A stretch of DNA of 64,000 nt, from the NCBI GenBank assembly GCA_963676915.2, contig CAXXVK010000001.1, positions 1 through 64,000 on the forward strand, read 5' to 3'. Every line of letters starts with the position of its first letter. Position 1 is the stretch's first letter. Position numbers and translations under genes: made by a program. The DNA is from Myxococcota bacterium (GTDB lineage Bacteria; Myxococcota_A; SURF-8; G963663525). The notes beneath the pieces are model-generated. The model searched no databases. It saw nothing but the letters and a program-made list of their open reading frames with translations, and had not been told where the DNA came from. This document shows positions 60,663 to 64,000 of this stretch, in pieces.

Positions 60663-62087
60663 ATGAGTGGTTATCTGCGCATCATTCAGTTCGCCGTTGT
60701 GTCTTTGATCGGGCTGCTGCCCGGTTTGGCCCTCGCTTCGGAAGGTGGACATGGCGGTCCGGAGTTGGGAAATTTCCTGCCGATGTGGTCGGTCATTCCC
60801 TTCGTGGGTATTTTATTGTGCATCGCCGTGTTGCCTTTGGTGGCCGAGCATTGGTGGGAATCGAATAAAAACAAAGCGATCGTTTCGGCGATTTGCGGCG
60901 TTCCCATGCTGGCGTACCTGCTCCTCGTACATCTGGAGCACGGCGCGACCACCTCTCTCGTACATTCGCTGCACGAATACTATTCCTTCATTATTCTGCT
61001 GGCAAGTCTGTTCACCATTTCCGGCGGAATCTTCCTTGAAGGCGACCTGCGCGCCACCCCGGCGACCAATACGGCTTTTCTGGCCATCGGCGGTCTGCTG
61101 GCTTCGTTCATCGGAACTACGGGAGCGGCGATGCTGCTGATCCGTCCCCTGCTGATGACCAACGCCGAGCGCCATAAGGTCGTGCACATCTTCGTGTTTT
61201 TCATCTTCATCGTCGCCAATATCGGTGGTTCGTTGCTGCCCATCGGTGACCCGCCTCTGTTTTTGGGATTTTTACGGGGCGTTCCCTTCTTCTGGACCTT
61301 CGGTCTGGTTGCAGAATGGGCCACTGCTATCGGTATTCTGCTTGTGATTTTCTACATCTGGGACACGATCGCGTTCAAAAAAGAGACCAAAGCCGACAAA
61401 CTTCGCGACAAAGTGATGCAAATCCCTCTGCGCGTGCGTGGAATGAGCAACTTCCTGCTGCTCGGCGGTGTGGTCGCCAGCGTGATTTTCCTCAAAGACG
61501 ACCTGCAATGGTTCCGTGAGCCGACCATGATTCTGCTGGCGGTGATATCGTTTTTCAAAGATCGTATGGCGAAAAAGAAAGATCCGCAGGTTGCAACGCC
61601 TCGCGAAAAGAACAAATTCACCTTCCACGCCATTATCGAGGTGGCGGTGCTGTTTATCGGCATCTTCATTTGCATGATTCCCGCGCTGGCCCTGCTTCGA
61701 GCCAACGGTGCGGCACTGGGTATCAATCAGCCGTGGCAGTATTACTGGATGACGGGCGCACTCAGCTCGTTCCTCGACAACGCCCCGACCTACCTGACCT
61801 TCTTCACGCTGGCCCAGGCCAACGCGGATTGCGCCGCCCATGCCGCCCAATGCGTACCCATCGCTTCGGGTGGAATCGAAACCATGGTGCTCGTGGCAAT
61901 CTCGCTGGGTGCGGTGTTCATGGGAGCCAACACCTATATCGGGAACGGTCCCAACTTCATGGTCAAAGCCATCGTGGACGAGTCCGGCGTGAAAATGCCG
62001 AGCTTCTTCGGCTACATGGCCTACTCGATGCTGATCCTGATTCCGGTCTTCATCCTGATCACCTTCCTGTTCCCGCTGCTTCACTGA
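60663..62087 (+). CDS. Ion-transporter (IT) superfamily sodium:proton antiporter-like membrane protein
   Basis: IGTTGAAMLLIRP, ANIGG.L.PIGDPPLFLG, LSSFLDNAPTYL, GANTYIGNGPNFMVKAI; many TM helices. Confidence 0.88.
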   Translation: MSGYLRIIQFAVVSLIGLLPGLALASEGGHGGPELGNFLPMWSVIPFVGILLCIAVLPLVAEHWWESNKNKAIVSAICGVPMLAYLLLVHLEHGATTSLVHSLHEYYSFIILLASLFTISGGIFLEGDLRATPATNTAFLAIGGLLASFIGTTGAAMLLIRPLLMTNAERHKVVHIFVFFIFIVANIGGSLLPIGDPPLFLGFLRGVPFFWTFGLVAEWATAIGILLVIFYIWDTIAFKKETKADKLRDKVMQIPLRVRGMSNFLLLGGVVASVIFLKDDLQWFREPTMILLAVISFFKDRMAKKKDPQVATPREKNKFTFHAIIEVAVLFIGIFICMIPALALLRANGAALGINQPWQYYWMTGALSSFLDNAPTYLTFFTLAQANADCAAHAAQCVPIASGGIETMVLVAISLGAVFMGANTYIGNGPNFMVKAIVDESGVKMPSFFGYMAYSMLILIPVFILITFLFPLLH

Positions 62088-62116
62088 CCGGTTTCCAAAA
62101 GCTTTCAAAGGGTTAC

Positions 62117-62147
62117 AAAGTCCTCGCCACATGGCGGGGACTTTTTT
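62117..62147 (+). terminator. Rho-independent terminator
   Basis: GTCCTCGCC-ACAT-GGCGGGGAC followed by T6. Confidence 0.8.
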
Positions 62148-62287
62148 ATGCTGGTAATGAATTTTGACGCGAGGTAATGTATGGAATCCGCAAGGATTCG
62201 AGCTTTCATTGTGTCTTGCTCCATCTCAGACAAAAGAACGGGATTGTGATTGTTGCTTCGTTTTGAAAGGATCGGTTCACTGCAAAA

Positions 62288-64000
62288 ATGTTGCGATACC
62301 TGACAAAACGCTTTCATTTGACGCCCCGACAGGTAGCGAGGCTGGGCCATCTTCTGGGATTGGGCGTAACGTTCATGGCGACCAGCGTTTTCGGCTATAC
62401 GGTCGCCAGTTCGCTCTTTCTTACCCGGCTCGGCGCCGGACAGATTCCCTTTGCCTACCTGTTCATGGGGTTGCTGTTCATTCCGATTTATCTCTGGTTT
62501 TCGAGGATCATCGACCGCTTCGACCGCAACCGGCTGATGATCGTCGTCCTGATTCTGGCGACGATGGCTACCGCCGGATTGCGTCTGCTACTACCCATGG
62601 ATCACACGGCGGTTTATTTTGCCGTATACATCTACTATTTCATGATCTGGGTAATGCTGGTGGACATTCTGTTGCCCAGTTTGTTGATGGATTTCTTTAC
62701 GATAGGTGAACTCAAGCAGGCGGCGACGCTCACCGCGTTGTCCATCACCGTGGGGGGATTGTTGGGTGGTGGGTTGGCCGGAGTGCTGTCTCAGTATTCC
62801 AAGACCGAGGATCTGCTCGTCGTTCCGGCGGCGCTGAATATGCTCGGCGTGCTTCAACTGATTTACCTGTCCCAACGGGAAAAACCGCTGCCGACCGAAG
62901 AGGAGAACGACGCCCCCGAAACCCTCCGAGCGCTTCGGGAATTGCCCGGAATCGCCCGGGCGCATCCCATTCTTTTGCTGATCATGACGAGCGTGTTTCT
63001 GTTCATCGTTCTCAATTGCGTGGCCGAGTTCTGCGTCTTTACGATTTATTCCGAAACGTTCCAGGATTCTCGACAGTTGACGGGGTTTCTCGGCGCGTTG
63101 GTCAGTATCCAAAGCCTGCTGCAATTTCTGTTCATCATCTTTCTGACCGGACCGCTGATCCGACGTTTCGGCGTTTTACGAATGAACCTTGTGTATCCGG
63201 TAACGACCCTTGTTTCATTTGTGGCGTTGCGGCTATGGTTCCGTCTTCCCGCCGCCATCGGAGCCCATACGAATTACGACGCTTTTTATCAGAGCATCGA
63301 CAAGCCGACGTTTTCCCTCAACTACAATGCCCTTCCCCCGAGATACATCGGTATGGGTCACGTACTGGGAGACGGCATCGCCTACGTTGTCGGCATTGCG
63401 GCGGCGGGTGTTTTTTTGCTGGTAGCTCGCAACAATCTCAGCACCGATCAGATCGTCCAGGTGGGTATCGTGTTGAGTTGCCTGTTCGTTCTCGTTCGCC
63501 TGTTTCTGGGAAAAAGCTACCTTCGAGGACTGACGACCCTCTTGAGGGAACGACATGTGGATCTGCACCACGTCACCGAAGGGTTTTCCGCCTTGTCGGC
63601 GAAATATTCGAATGAAATCGAAGGCTTATTAGGCAGTAGCGACAACGACCGGCGTCTGTTGGGATTCGAATTCGCCATTCGTTCGAAACATCCGAAACGG
63701 TACTTCGAACGGCTCGAAACGATTCTTCACGACTCTGACGAAGATGTTCGTTCCCAAGCCAAGAGATTGCTTACGGAACATCCTCGGTCGAGTCTCGAAG
63801 GGCTTCGCCTCTCTGCCGGTGTGCATTCGGAAGACGTGAAACGTCCTGTGGAATCTCCTTTGCGTTCTCTTGACGATCTGCTGGCCGATATGGCGTCATC
63901 GAATCGAAAAATTCGGCACCAGACGGCTCACGAACTGGCATTGATGGGAAAACGAAAGCTGAAAGACGTTCGAAAACGGCTGGGTTCTCCATCCTGGTAC
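62288..64000 (+). CDS. Npt1/Npt2 (TLC)-like MFS transporter fused to HEAT repeats, truncated by window end
   Basis: Not in the ORF track (no stop in window). Translates MLRYLTKRF..ASSLFLTRLGAGQIPFAY.., multiple TM helices, then HEAT-like LHDSDEDVRSQA and SSNRKIRHQTAHELA. Confidence 0.8.
   Translation, partial: MLRYLTKRFHLTPRQVARLGHLLGLGVTFMATSVFGYTVASSLFLTRLGAGQIPFAYLFMGLLFIPIYLWFSRIIDRFDRNRLMIVVLILATMATAGLRLLLPMDHTAVYFAVYIYYFMIWVMLVDILLPSLLMDFFTIGELKQAATLTALSITVGGLLGGGLAGVLSQYSKTEDLLVVPAALNMLGVLQLIYLSQREKPLPTEEENDAPETLRALRELPGIARAHPILLLIMTSVFLFIVLNCVAEFCVFTIYSETFQDSRQLTGFLGALVSIQSLLQFLFIIFLTGPLIRRFGVLRMNLVYPVTTLVSFVALRLWFRLPAAIGAHTNYDAFYQSIDKPTFSLNYNALPPRYIGMGHVLGDGIAYVVGIAAAGVFLLVARNNLSTDQIVQVGIVLSCLFVLVRLFLGKSYLRGLTTLLRERHVDLHHVTEGFSALSAKYSNEIEGLLGSSDNDRRLLGFEFAIRSKHPKRYFERLETILHDSDEDVRSQAKRLLTEHPRSSLEGLRLSAGVHSEDVKRPVESPLRSLDDLLADMASSNRKIRHQTAHELALMGKRKLKDVRKRLGSPSWY

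Overview
Bacterial chromosomal segment. The gene content suggests a deltaproteobacterial or Myxococcota-like lineage (inference from an FHA-sigma54 activator, many acidic Cys-rich lipoproteins and a multiheme cytochrome). Housekeeping genes include ruvA, ruvC, yebC, SRP RNA, acyP, a family-4 uracil-DNA glycosylase and coaBC. Accessory loci include a PIN-PhoH/USP/porin/13-heme cytochrome/Ig-lipoprotein operon, a TtpB-TtpC-ExbB-ExbD-TonB-TPR-TBDR operon, several very large surface lipoproteins, an HprK-related protein with a degenerate P-loop and an AT-rich orphan P-loop ATPase. The most striking structure is non-coding. An AT-rich REP-associated tyrosine transposase (RAYT) and an orphan ORF lie between direct repeats of a GTAG-REP. 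The window also holds at least four palindromic REP-like families, a REPIN whose ~100-bp core (with an IHF-like site) is conserved while its hairpins differ, a nested MITE with a 9-bp target duplication inside a REP, and two TA-flanked MITE families. No CRISPR array, tRNA or rRNA was seen. All family assignments come from motif recognition by eye; no database search was run.
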